Of a DNA stretch of 64,000 bases, positions 1 through 10,310 are shown piece after piece (positions within the stretch are counted from its first letter, which is position 1; each line of letters opens with the position of its first letter). The DNA comes from Arenicellales bacterium. GTDB lineage: Bacteria > Pseudomonadota > Gammaproteobacteria > Arenicellales > Poriferihabitantaceae. The notes beneath the pieces were generated by a model, which was not told the origin of the DNA, searched no databases, and saw only the letters and a program-made list of their open reading frames with translations. The DNA lies in contig OY761989.1 in the NCBI GenBank assembly GCA_963665165.1, positions 1,775,734-1,839,733 on the forward strand, in the 5' to 3' direction. The translations under genes were made by a program, and so were the position numbers.

Positions 1-616
1 AGAAGCCCGCAGCAATCACCACATGCTCGGCCGTGACCTCACACTCCGGCATTTGCAGGCGCCATTCCCCGGAAGGGGTCCGGTTGATGGCCCGCGCCGG
101 ATTGTTGCGGAGGACGCGGGCGCCGCCCGCCCGCGCCCGGCGGGCCATGGCATGAGTGGCCTGGGACGGATCGACATAGCCGTCGGTGGGTTCGTACAGC
201 GCCCCGAGCAAGTTCCCGACTTTCATGAGCGGGAAGACTTCGGCGATTTCAGGCGGGCCGATCAGTTCGAAATCGATACCCATCTGCCGGCCCACGGAAA
301 TGCCGTGGCGAAATTCATCCATGCGATCCCGGTCATGGGTCACGCGCAGGCCCGCGCAACGATGATAACCGGTGGATTCGATCCCCTCCTCCTCCAGTCG
401 GCGATAAAGGTCGGTACTGAACTGGCGCATGAACAGGTGGGTCGGGCTGAAGCTGTAGTGGGTGCAGAACCCCGCCGCGTGCCAGGTCGAGCCGGCGGTC
501 AGTTCGGACTTCTCGATCAGGGTCACATCGCGCCAGCCCTTTTCCACCAGTTGCAGCAACAGGCCGCAACCGTAGATACCGCCGCCGATGATGGCGACCC
601 TTGTATGGCTCGTCAT
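1..616 (-). CDS. FAD-dependent oxidoreductase of dimethylglycine/sarcosine dehydrogenase type, N-terminal ~205 codons (3' end outside window)
   Basis: The minus-strand frame is open from the window edge to the ATG at 616-614. Translation MTSHTRVAIIGGGIYGCGLLLQLVEKGW...ELTAGSTWHAAGF has a GxGxxG fold and the TWHAAG motif shared with the 23484 gene. The start lies 1 nt after the stop of the upstream mttB-like gene. It is absent from the ORF track because there is no stop in the window. Confidence 0.8.
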   Translation of the reverse strand, partial: MTSHTRVAIIGGGIYGCGLLLQLVEKGWRDVTLIEKSELTAGSTWHAAGFCTHYSFSPTHLFMRQFSTDLYRRLEEEGIESTGYHRCAGLRVTHDRDRMDEFRHGISVGRQMGIDFELIGPPEIAEVFPLMKVGNLLGALYEPTDGYVDPSQATHAMARRARAGGARVLRNNPARAINRTPSGEWRLQMPECEVTAEHVVIAAGF

Positions 617-617
617 G

Positions 618-2216
618 TCAATACCACTGATCCGGCATCCGCGCCTTGCGCCGGGCCACATAGTCCTCCAGGCCATCCAGAACCGCCGCATCCAGGGCAG
701 GCTCCCGGTAGTCCCTGAGAGCCTGCTTCCAGAGTCGGTTGGCGCGAACCGCCGCATCCGGGGAACCGTCCGCCTGCCACTGTTCGAAGGCGTTGTTATC
801 CGCCACGCTGGAACGGTAGAATGCGCGGTCGAAATTGCGCAGGGTATGCGGACTCGAGAGGAAATGAGCGCCGGGTCCGGTATCGTAAATCGCATCCAGG
901 GCCTGGGACTCGTCGGAAAGATCGACGCCCTTGCAGAAATCGATGAGCTTGCCGCAAAGATCGGCGTCAATCATGGTTTTCTCGTAACCGGTCACCAGGC
1001 CACCCTCCAGCCAGCCGGTGGCGTGGTTGATAAAGTTCGCTCCGGCCAGCACCGCCATGGTGAGGCCCATCACCGCCTCCTGTTCCGCCTGGGCATCGGG
1101 CAGTTTGGAAGCCGACAGGGCGCCCACCGTATGCAGGGGCAGGCCCAGCCGCCGGGCAAGCTGGCCCGACGCCAGTACCAGTTTGGCCGCTTCCGGGGTG
1201 CCGAAGGTAGGCGCTCCGGACTGCATGGAAATGGCAGTGGCGAAGCTGCCCATGAGACAGGGGGCGCCCGGACGCACAAGCTGGGTCAACGCGCACACCG
1301 CCAGGGCTTCGGCCAGAATCTGGGCCAGAGTGCCCGCCACAGTGCAGGGACTCATGGCTCCGGCCAGAGTCCAGGGGGTACAAGCCACCGCCTGGTTATG
1401 GGCGGCATAGGTTCGCAAGGCGCCGGACATGGCCGAATCCAGCACAAGCGGCGCATTGGTATTGGCTACGGAATAGAGTACGCAATGCCGCTCGACGAAT
1501 TCCTCGCCGAACACGATTTTGGCCATAGCCACCGAGTCCGCAGCCCGTTCCTCACCGATCAGGGCGCCGAAGCAGGCCCGGTCCGAGTACCGGAAATGCC
1601 CGAGCAACATGTCGAGATGGCGTTTGTTGGTGGGAATATCGACCGGCTCGCAGACGACGCCGCCGGAATGATGCAGCCAGGGAATAGTCTGGTGGATCTT
1701 CACCAGTTCATGAAAATCGTCAAGCCTGGCATAACGCCGGCCACGATCCAGGTCATGCACGAACGGGGGACCCCAGGACGGCGCCAGCACGGTGTGATCG
1801 CCCCCGATGACCACATTGTTATCCGGATTGCGTACATGCTGGATGAATTCACGCGGCGCCGAGGCCGTGATGATCTGGCGGCAACAACCCGGATCGAACC
1901 GCACCCGGTTGCCCTGCACATCCGCTCCCGCCTCGCGGTACAGACGAATCGCTTCGGAATCGTTGCGTACCTCCATGCCGACATCCCGCAGGATGGCATC
2001 GGCGTTTTGTTCAATCAGGCAGAGCCCCTCTTCGGAAAGTACATCGTAAGTCGCGATCTGGCGATGAATACAGGGAGCCCGTTCCGGCCGGGCGCTTTTG
2101 CGCGCCGCCCCACGCCGCCGCCCTGCCCGGCGCCCCGAACCAGTCGCATCGCCCGCTGACACTGGCGGAACCGGGGGTACTCTGCCCGTCCGGGCGGGCT
2201 TGGTGGAATCGGACAT
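618..2216 (-). CDS. MttB-superfamily (trimethylamine/glycine-betaine type) methyltransferase, non-pyrrolysine
   Basis: 532-aa ORF with an Arg-rich N-terminus followed by YDVLSEEGLCLIEQNADAILRDVGMEV, typical of bacterial MttB-family proteins. The frame is uninterrupted, with no in-frame TAG. Confidence 0.85.
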   Translation of the reverse strand: MSDSTKPARTGRVPPVPPVSAGDATGSGRRAGRRRGAARKSARPERAPCIHRQIATYDVLSEEGLCLIEQNADAILRDVGMEVRNDSEAIRLYREAGADVQGNRVRFDPGCCRQIITASAPREFIQHVRNPDNNVVIGGDHTVLAPSWGPPFVHDLDRGRRYARLDDFHELVKIHQTIPWLHHSGGVVCEPVDIPTNKRHLDMLLGHFRYSDRACFGALIGEERAADSVAMAKIVFGEEFVERHCVLYSVANTNAPLVLDSAMSGALRTYAAHNQAVACTPWTLAGAMSPCTVAGTLAQILAEALAVCALTQLVRPGAPCLMGSFATAISMQSGAPTFGTPEAAKLVLASGQLARRLGLPLHTVGALSASKLPDAQAEQEAVMGLTMAVLAGANFINHATGWLEGGLVTGYEKTMIDADLCGKLIDFCKGVDLSDESQALDAIYDTGPGAHFLSSPHTLRNFDRAFYRSSVADNNAFEQWQADGSPDAAVRANRLWKQALRDYREPALDAAVLDGLEDYVARRKARMPDQWY

Positions 2217-2356
2217 TCAATGGCAACAGGATTGTGGCAAACGATTTTTCATTGGATAATAGCCATAATCATGATAACCGTCAAAACCCGCCTTGCCGGC
2301 AGGTAATGGCAACCACTTGCGACATCGGCCCCCATGTCCAGTCCTCCAGTCCAGCC

Positions 2357-3727
2357 ATGAAGACCACTACCCGAATCTCCGACCGGATCAACGACGACCC
2401 GGATCACTTCATTCTGCCGGTGGACTGGAATACCGACGCCATCGTCAATCGCCGGGAACGTTATTACGCCGCTTCACAACGCGCCTTCGTACCCTACAAA
2501 ACCCCGCTGATATTCCGGCGCGGGCAGGACCAGTATCTCTGGGACGAACAGGGCAACCAGTATCTCGACTGCCTCAGTCAGAACCTCTGCGTCAGCATCG
2601 GTTACAACAACCCGGCGGTCACCCGGGCCGTACAGGCGCAGGCGGCGCAGATCCAGCACTGTACCACCATGTTTTTTCATCCGGTGCCCGCCCATCTCGC
2701 CGAAGAACTGGCCGCCCGCTTCCCGAAGGGCGAGGAATGGGTCGTCCATTTCACCAATTCCGGCGCCGAAGCCATTGATTTCGCGCTTCTGCTCGCCCGC
2801 TCCCACACTCGCAGAAACAGCATCCTTTCACTGACCAACGCCTATCACGGAGCCACCTTCGGCGCCCAGTCGGTGACCGGAATCAGCCATTTCCGCCACC
2901 CGGTCCCCCTGCTGGGCGATATCCAGTTCGTCCCCAATCCGGACCAGTACCGGGGAATTTACGGAGAAGGCGTCGAACCCTATCTCGACGCAATCGACCG
3001 CGCCATCCACTATGGCACCAGCGGCCGTATTGCCGGGATGTTCTTCGAGCCGGTCCAGGGTTACGGCGGCATCGTTCCCGCGCCGGACGGCTATCTCCAG
3101 GGGGCTTTCGAACGGGTGCGCGCCGCCGGAGGATTGTGCGTCGTGGACGAAGTCCAGTCAGGCTTTGCCCGCACCGGGGAAGGGTACTGGGCATTCGAAC
3201 GGGACGGCGTCGTTCCCGACATCGTGGTCCTGGCCAAGGGCATCGGCAATGGCTATCCGTTGGGGGCGGTAGTCGCGAAGCGCGACATCGCCGAGGCCAT
3301 GGCGGACAAGTTTTATTTCAATACCTATGGAGCCAACCCGGTGTCCTGCTCGGCGGGGCGGGCGGTATTGCGCATCATCGACGAATGCGGCCTGATTGAC
3401 AATGCGCGGACAGTGGGCGCGGCCCTGCTGCGGGCGCTGGAAGACATGAAACAGAAATATGACCTGATCGGCGATGTCCGGGGGCGGGGCCTCATGATGG
3501 CGGCGGAACTGGTCAGGGACCGCGCAACCAAGGAACCGGCCACGGAGGAAACGCACCGGCTCTTCCAGCTTACCCGGAAACACGGCCTGGTGGCATCCAA
3601 ATCCGGCTCCTTCCGGAACGTGTTGCGAATCTGCCCGCCGCTTTGTATCCAGATGGAGGATGTGGCCTTTTTCAAGCAGGCTATTGACTCCAGCTTTGCC
3701 GACCTGTACGCCGGAGTGACAGCCTGA
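2357..3727 (+). CDS. Class-III PLP-dependent aminotransferase (omega-aminotransferase type)
   Basis: Matching segments include LWDEQGNQYLDCLSQNLCVSIGYNNP, FTNSGAEAIDFALLLAR and VVDEVQSGFARTGE. The start is uncertain: ATG 2357 gives 456 aa, and ATG 2306 or GTG 2234 are also possible. Confidence 0.85.
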   Translation: MKTTTRISDRINDDPDHFILPVDWNTDAIVNRRERYYAASQRAFVPYKTPLIFRRGQDQYLWDEQGNQYLDCLSQNLCVSIGYNNPAVTRAVQAQAAQIQHCTTMFFHPVPAHLAEELAARFPKGEEWVVHFTNSGAEAIDFALLLARSHTRRNSILSLTNAYHGATFGAQSVTGISHFRHPVPLLGDIQFVPNPDQYRGIYGEGVEPYLDAIDRAIHYGTSGRIAGMFFEPVQGYGGIVPAPDGYLQGAFERVRAAGGLCVVDEVQSGFARTGEGYWAFERDGVVPDIVVLAKGIGNGYPLGAVVAKRDIAEAMADKFYFNTYGANPVSCSAGRAVLRIIDECGLIDNARTVGAALLRALEDMKQKYDLIGDVRGRGLMMAAELVRDRATKEPATEETHRLFQLTRKHGLVASKSGSFRNVLRICPPLCIQMEDVAFFKQAIDSSFADLYAGVTA

Positions 3728-3789
3728 ATGGACGACCCGTTTCAGCCCCGGCTTCGGCGATACTTTAATCCATAATCGAGGATCCCGCT

Positions 3790-4764
3790 ATGGCATCAGA
3801 CACCGCCACCAGCTACCGCCCCGAACCCATCCCGGTTCCGCCCTTGTACGCCTGGCCACCGAAACCCCTGGCGGCGCTGCGCTATCTGCTGGTCGACCTG
3901 ATGTATCCCTGGGGATACATTTATGCCGCACTGTCCGTGATTCTGTGGCAATGGCTGACACCCTCCATGGAAACCATGGCCACGCTGTCCCCGGGCTGGA
4001 TGGCCCTGATCTGGCTCCGCAACGCCGCAGTACTGACCCTGTTCGCCGGCGGCCTGCACTGGCGGCTCTACATCCGCCGCCGTCAAGGGAACGACTACAA
4101 GTTCAATATCCCGTGGATGGCGCGGAACGATGCCCGTTTCACATTCAATGACCAGGTCAGGGACAACCTGTTCTGGAGCCTCGCCAGCGGTGTCACGATC
4201 TGGACATTGTACGAGTGCCTCACCTGGTGGTGGTATGCCTCGGGACATATCGAGTGGATCCGTTTCCGCGAAGCTCCGGCCTGGGTCGTCATCATGGGGT
4301 TCGGGGTACTGTTCTGGTCGACTTTCCACTTCTACCTGAATCATCGGGTGCTCCACTGGCGTCCGCTTTTCAACATCGCCCACGATCTGCATCATCGTAA
4401 CTCCAATACCGGCCCCTGGAGCGGCATTTCCATGCACCCGGTGGAGCACCTGATCTACTTCAGCCTGTTTTTCCTCTGGTGGGTCGTGCCGATACATCCG
4501 GCGCTGCTGATCATGACCGGGCTTTACCAGGGCGTCAGCCCGGCAGTATCCCACTCGGGGTTCAGCCGCCTCAAACTGGCGGGCGGAATCGAAGTACCGG
4601 CCGGAGACTATTTCCACCATCTCCATCACCGCTTCTTTCATGTCAACTACGGCAATACCGTAACGCCGCTGGACAAGGCAATGGGCAGTTGGCACGACGG
4701 CAGCGTCGCAGGCAAAGCCCTGGTCAGACAACGGATGCGCCGACTCGGCAACCCCGGCGCCTGA
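3790..4764 (+). CDS. Fatty acid hydroxylase / sterol desaturase family membrane protein
   Basis: Three histidine boxes (HFYLNHRVLH, HDLHHRNSN, HHLHHRFFH) and several hydrophobic segments. Confidence 0.8.
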   Translation: MASDTATSYRPEPIPVPPLYAWPPKPLAALRYLLVDLMYPWGYIYAALSVILWQWLTPSMETMATLSPGWMALIWLRNAAVLTLFAGGLHWRLYIRRRQGNDYKFNIPWMARNDARFTFNDQVRDNLFWSLASGVTIWTLYECLTWWWYASGHIEWIRFREAPAWVVIMGFGVLFWSTFHFYLNHRVLHWRPLFNIAHDLHHRNSNTGPWSGISMHPVEHLIYFSLFFLWWVVPIHPALLIMTGLYQGVSPAVSHSGFSRLKLAGGIEVPAGDYFHHLHHRFFHVNYGNTVTPLDKAMGSWHDGSVAGKALVRQRMRRLGNPGA

Positions 4765-4832
4765 CCGCCTGCCGGACAGTTGTGGCAACGCTGCTGTCCG
4801 CTACAAACCTTCTGGCGGACGGCCCCGGTACG

Positions 4833-5306
4833 CTATGCGGTTGTTTTTCCGTTCATGAAGAGCAAAACGATTCCGGACAGGATCAGCATGACGCCGAACA
4901 ACTGGTTCAGGGCGATGGGTTCCTTGAGGACAAAATAAGAAACCAGCAGGGAAATGGCAATGGTTCCGCCCACGATTACCGGAATCGCCACGTTCGCGGG
5001 CATGGGTCCGGACAGGCCGGTCCCGCCAAACAGGTAGAAATAACCGATTTCGGCGGCGCCGATACAGATACCCGCCATCACCGCCCAGATATAGGAAGGG
5101 GTGGACAACGCAAACACATGTCCGCCACGCCCAACCAGGACCGCCAGGAATATTGTGGAAGTGACCACCGCGCCAACCTGGAGACAAACCGTCGCCAGAA
5201 TGGTAGTCGTGGCAGATGCTGGCACGTACCCCCCGGAGACCTTGATAAACAGATTGTACCCCGCATACAAAAAGGTAATCAGGGCCAACAATGCGATACT
5301 CGACAC
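4833..5306 (-). CDS. Small EamA/DMT-superfamily-like membrane protein
   Basis: 157 aa, almost entirely hydrophobic helices (LITFLYAGYNLFIKVSG...LILSGIVLLF), resembling a single EamA domain. Confidence 0.55.
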   Translation of the reverse strand: MSSIALLALITFLYAGYNLFIKVSGGYVPASATTTILATVCLQVGAVVTSTIFLAVLVGRGGHVFALSTPSYIWAVMAGICIGAAEIGYFYLFGGTGLSGPMPANVAIPVIVGGTIAISLLVSYFVLKEPIALNQLFGVMLILSGIVLLFMNGKTTA

Positions 5307-5358
5307 GATGATTCTCCTGTCATGGTAAATTAATGACCGACCTGTTCATTTTTGCAAA

Positions 5359-8300
5359 TTGTCACAAATGCAATCGCTTGAATCAATCCGGTCCCGGATC
5401 AGGAAATCGTACCTGATGGATGAGCGGGAGATAGTACACGACCTGGTCCTGCAATCGGAAGTCACGCCCGAGTCACGCAAACGTTTTTCCGACCGGGCCG
5501 CAACCCTGGTAAATTCCATCCGGGAGGCCGGACAACCGGGATTCATGGAAGTCTTTCTCAATGAATATGGTCTTTCCACCAATGAAGGAATCGCGTTGAT
5601 GTGCCTCGCGGAAGCCTTGTTGAGAGTGCCGGACACGGAGACCATCGATAATCTGGTGTCGGACAAGATTGCCCCGTCTTCCTGGGGCCGCCACCTGGGT
5701 CAATCCAGTTCGTCTCTGGTGAACGCGTCCACCTGGGCGTTGATGCTGACCGGGAAAGTCCTGGAGAACGACGACGCCTCCTCCACCATGGCCAGCGTCC
5801 TGCACACCGCCATGAAACGGCTGGGAGAACCGGTCATCCGGGCCGCGGTACGGCGGATCATGAAAGAAATGGGCAACCAGTTCATTCTGGGAGAGACCAT
5901 CGAACAGGCTTCAATCCGGGCGAAAACGTTGCGGCAGAAAGGCTATACCTGTTCCTGGGACATGCTGGGAGAAGCTGCTGTCACCGTGAAGGACGCCGCG
6001 AAATACTTCGAAGCCTATCGCGCAGCAATCGAGTTCCTTGCGACGCGCGCGGACTCGGACCGGGTTCGTGACAACCCGGGTATTTCAGTCAAATTATCGG
6101 CCCTGCATCCCCGCTATGAGGTAAGCCAGAAATCCAGGGCGGCGCGAGAATTGACAGACCGCGTCCTGGCCCTGGCGTTGCAGGCGAAACAGGCCCGCAT
6201 CGGCCTCAACATCGACGCCGAGGAAGCGGATCGGCTGGACCTGTCCCTCGACATTATCGAGTCTGTGCTTCGTGACCGGCGTCTGGCGGCCTGGGACGGT
6301 TTCGGGGTGGTCATCCAGGCTTACGGGAAAGGCGCCTCACACGTGATCGACTGGATCTGGTCGCTGGCCGTTGACCTCGACCGGCGGCTGATGGTCAGAT
6401 TGGTCAAGGGCGCTTACTGGGATACCGAAATCAAACGGGCGCAAGTCAGCGGCCTCCGGGACTTCCCGGTGTTCACGCAGAAATCGGCCACAGACGTATC
6501 CTGGATTTGCTGCGCGAAGAAACTGCTCGGGATGACAGACCGGATCTATCCCCAGTTCGCCACGCACAATGCCCATACCGTCTCCGCGGTCCTGGAATCG
6601 GCCAGCGATTATTCCCGGTTCGAGTTTCAGCGTCTTTACGGAATGGGAGAAGTCCTGCATCGTCTGGTCCATGAAAAACACGGAACACGATGCCGGATTT
6701 ATGCGCCTGTGGGCGCTCATCGCGACCTGCTCGCGTACCTGGTACGGCGGCTTCTGGAAAATGGCGCCAATTCATCTTTCGTCAACCAGATCGTCGATCA
6801 AAAAATTCCGGTGGATGACATCGTTGCGGACCCGTTTGAAAAATCCGGAAACGAATCACTGAAAGATTCAACATCTATCCGGAATCCGAAAAACCTGTAC
6901 TCCCCCGAGCGCCGGAATTCACGAGGCTGGGACATCAGCAACGAAGACGACCTCACTGAAATCGACCAGACCCGGATGCCGTTCAAATCCCGTCAATGGA
7001 ACGTCAGCCCCCGGACAGCCTGTGAAAGCAAGGGCGGCAACCCGCATCCTGTTTTCAATCCCGCCAATCCGCGCGACCGGGTGGGCAGCGTCGTGTACGC
7101 CACTCGCGAGGATACCGTGCAGGCCATCGGCTCGGCACAAACCTGGGTACACGAGAGCGCGGACAATCGCGCCCGCATTCTGAACCGGGCCGCAGACCTC
7201 TACGAGGAAAGTTTTGGCGAGTTGTTCGCGGCGCTGACTCGGGAAACCGGCAAGAACCTGATCGACGCCATTGCAGAATTGCGCGAGGCCGTGGATTTCC
7301 TGCGTTACTATGCCGCCCGGATCGGACCTCTGGAGAAGCGAACCGCGCGGGGCTTGGTCGCCTGCATTTCCCCCTGGAACTTTCCTCTTGCCATTTTCAC
7401 CGGACAAGTGGCCGCCGCGCTGGCCGCCGGGAACGGCGTACTGGCGAAACCGGCGGAACCCGCTTCCATTATCTCGGCGATCGCCGTCAGGCTCCTGCAT
7501 CAGGCCGGAGTCCCGGAACCGGTTCTCCAGCTCCTGCCGGGGCAAGGCTCCGTCATCGGGGCGGCGCTCAGTGAAGACCCCCGCATCGAAGGGATCTGTT
7601 TTACCGGTTCGACAGCAACCGCACAGACCATAAACCGGGCCATGGCGGAACAGGGTTCTCCCAGCGCCGCCCTGATCGCGGAAACCGGAGGCATTAACGC
7701 GATGGTGGTCGATTCAACGGCGCTGCCGGAACAAGCCGTCAAAGACATCATGGCCTCCTCCTTTCAATCCGCCGGTCAGCGCTGCTCGGCGCTGCGCGTC
7801 CTCTATTTGCAACAGGACTGCGCCAGCGAATTCATGAAGATGCTGCTCGGCGCCATGGACGAGATTACGGTCGGCGACCCCTGGTTGTTTTCGACGGATG
7901 TCGGCCCGGTCATCCATGCGGACGCGCGAGACGCCATCAACCGCCATATCGACACGGCCAGACGCGAGGGGCGCTTGATCAAACAATTGGAAGCACCCGG
8001 CCACGGTAATTTTGTCGGGCCGTCCGTAATCCGGGTAAACGGGATTGAAGACATTGAGGCAGAGGTCTTCGGGCCCTGTGCTGCATGTCGCCACTTTCGA
8101 GGCGCATGAAATAGACCAGGCGGTCGCCGCCATCAACAAAAAAGGGTATGGCCTTACGTTTGGATTGCACACACGAATCGATGGCCGTGTGGAACAGATG
8201 ACCTCACAACTGAAAGTCGGCAATCTCTATATCAACCGCAACCAGATCGGAGCCATTGTAGGTTCCCAGCCTTTCGGCGGGGAAGGATTGTCCGGCACCG

Positions 8301-8863
8301 GTCCCAAGGCGGGAGGACCGAACTATGTACGGCGGTTCACGAAGGATCATTGCGAAACCCACCCCATCGAACCGGGGCCGGTTGCGCCAATGAAAATCGT
8401 GCAGGAAGCGCTCGATAATCTGGCCGAACCCCGACAATCGCCTCTGGCCACCCGGAACCTGCCCGGCCCAACCGGAGAATCCAATCGCCTGTCCCTCTTC
8501 CCCCGTGGAAAAATTCTCTGCCTCGGACCAACCCTGGACACAGCCGGGAAACAGGCGGACATGGCCGGGGAGAATGGCTGTCCTGCGCTCATCGTGACGC
8601 CCGGCGCAACAGGGGAAAACTCGGTTTCAGGATTTCTGCCACGCGAAAACCTGCTGTATCTCAAGGGATTTGACGCGGTTGCCCTGTGGAGCGGCCCGGA
8701 AGATTTACGTGAAGCCAGAAAATTCCTGTCACAGCGCGACGGCGCCCTGATCCCGCTCATCACGGACACCGAAATGAAAGATCGCTGCACCCTCGAACGA
8801 CACGTGTGCATCGACACCACAGCAGCCGGCGGAAACGCGACCCTTCTGGCCCAAACCGGATAA
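5359..8863 (+). pseudogene. putA: Bifunctional proline dehydrogenase / P5C dehydrogenase PutA, split by a 1-nt frameshift near 8077
   Basis: ORF 5359-8109 carries the PRODH and most of the ALDH part (WNFPLAIFTGQ, ETGGINAM). It ends ...AEVFGPCAACRHFRGA*. ORF 8045-8863 in the +1 frame continues ...GPVLHVATFEAHEIDQAV. Removing the T at 8077 (ggg ccc T gtg ctg cat) restores EVFGPVLHV. Confidence 0.85.
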
Positions 8864-8888
8864 CCGCACGAATCGTCATTTCGTATGG

Positions 8889-8921
8889 CGCCCCACCCTC
8901 CATCGTAGGGGCCGGTCACCG
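8889..8921. repeat. Inverted-repeat copy A (partner at 17445-17477), overlapping a GC hairpin after putA
   Basis: The reverse complement of 8901-8921 (cggtgaccggcccctacgatg) equals 17445-17465 exactly. The next 12 nt match at 9 of 12 positions. Hairpin gggccgg-N8-ccggccc lies at 8909-8930. Confidence 0.7.
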
Positions 8922-8992
8922 TGCCGGCCCGCTACCGTTGAGAACTTCCCGGACAGTAATGGTAGAGAGACCGCCCCTCAGGAGCGACCCTG

Positions 8993-9232
8993 TCAAGAAA
9001 TCTTGTAGCCGTAGCGTCTGGACAGCGGCAACTCAATCCCGTTCTCTGGCCCGAAATATCGCTGGAATACTGCTGACGGTTTTGTATGCCCTTCCGAGCG
9101 CCCACGCTTTTCGTGGATCAGAAGACGAACAAACTCTTCCATTGAGAGACCTCTGTTTGCCGCTTCCCGCTTGACCCACGATTTATCACCCGGATCAATA
9201 CCTCGACCAACAATAGTGGAACTCATTGGCAT
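8993..9232 (-). CDS. FitA/VapB-like ribbon-helix-helix antitoxin, orphan (no PIN toxin downstream)
   Basis: 79 aa. The segments IDPGDKSWVKREAANRGLSMEEFVRLLIHEK and the C-terminal FQRYFGPENGIELPL resemble plasmid-stability/FitA-type antitoxins. Only about 130 non-coding bp follow the gene. Confidence 0.55.
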   Translation of the reverse strand: MPMSSTIVGRGIDPGDKSWVKREAANRGLSMEEFVRLLIHEKRGRSEGHTKPSAVFQRYFGPENGIELPLSRRYGYKIS

Positions 9233-9425
9233 ACTCCCTGAATTGGATTAGCTGAGAAATTTTCGTTAATCTATAAGATAACAGACTATTAGCAGATCGC
9301 GCTATCAATATTATTTTATAAACATTCCACGCAGCGGTAATTATGACATCCATATCATAGTGACCATTGTCCAGGGCCTGTCGGTTGCGGGCCGGAGGCG
9401 GTACAGAGCGATGCGCCAGGGAAGA

Positions 9426-10310
9426 TTATTGCTGTGACGATTTTAGTTCCGCTATCGAAGTGAGTATTTGAAAGATGTAGTCCGCCATAATAATCATGTT
9501 CATACTGTGCTTGAATGTAGAGTATTGGACAAGCCCATGAGTGGATGCATGGCGGTTGGGAACGAAATCATTCTCATACTTCCCTCTATTGCTATCATCG
9601 ACCGGTTCATACAGGTGATCAACCAGTCGATCAAACAATATCCATCCATATGCCTCGTTTGGTAGAATGTTCTTCAGGCTGGTGCTATTTCCAAGTTCCT
9701 CCAGCATCTTCTTTGAAGAAATTGAACCAGCTGTATCATTAAAGAAACGAATTCGAAATTCCCTGTCAATTTCTGGAAACAAGACACGACAAACGCACCG
9801 ATAGTGGCCAGTACCGTGTGCAGAAAGCGCTTCACGGAATGTCTCCTTGGTTTCCTCTTTGATGTGATAGTGGTTCAATCTTTTTTCGATATCTTGTCGG
9901 ATATTTTCCCAATTCGTTTTATAGAAATTTTCCAAATGTGCTTCAAGATGGGAAGAATCGTCTGCGTATTTTTCAACATAGTCTATTGACACAGTATAGT
10001 AGGGTAGCCATCTTGTCTGGTGGACTGAATCAACAAATTTGTTATACCTGACAAGGTGCTGGATATAAGGAGCAAGTGTTTCGAGATATGGTGCAATAGC
10101 TTGAGAGACGCGAGTCATTGATTGAATTAAGGGCTGAAAGGGCTCCAACATTTGATTCAATGCAGTACCTATACCCACCAAGCTTTGGATGGTTTGATTA
10201 TCTGCCAAATCCGGTACTCCTGATTTGTCCATTTGTGGTCGCTGCAATCCGTTACGCTGTGTCGTTGCTATCGAAGGATCTTGTGCGTCCTGTACTGTAT
10301 GCTTGCTCAT
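9426..10310 (-). CDS. Hypothetical protein with a HEPN-like Rx4H motif, in an AT-rich context
   Basis: Long ORF in a visibly AT-rich stretch. The C-terminal VPNRHASTHG fits Rx4-6H, and an upstream helix reads EALSAHGTGHYRCVCRVLFPEIDREF. ATG at 10310; the track starts at TTG 10337. Confidence 0.5.
   Translation of the reverse strand: MSKHTVQDAQDPSIATTQRNGLQRPQMDKSGVPDLADNQTIQSLVGIGTALNQMLEPFQPLIQSMTRVSQAIAPYLETLAPYIQHLVRYNKFVDSVHQTRWLPYYTVSIDYVEKYADDSSHLEAHLENFYKTNWENIRQDIEKRLNHYHIKEETKETFREALSAHGTGHYRCVCRVLFPEIDREFRIRFFNDTAGSISSKKMLEELGNSTSLKNILPNEAYGWILFDRLVDHLYEPVDDSNRGKYENDFVPNRHASTHGLVQYSTFKHSMNMIIMADYIFQILTSIAELKSSQQ

Noticed and set aside
588-2159. 523-aa plus-strand ORF (and the 23-718 ORF) overlapping the mttB-like and FAD-oxidoreductase genes
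   Set aside because: The translations are Arg/Gly/Ala/His-rich and low in complexity, typical of antisense shadow ORFs in GC-rich DNA. The minus-strand products have clear family motifs.
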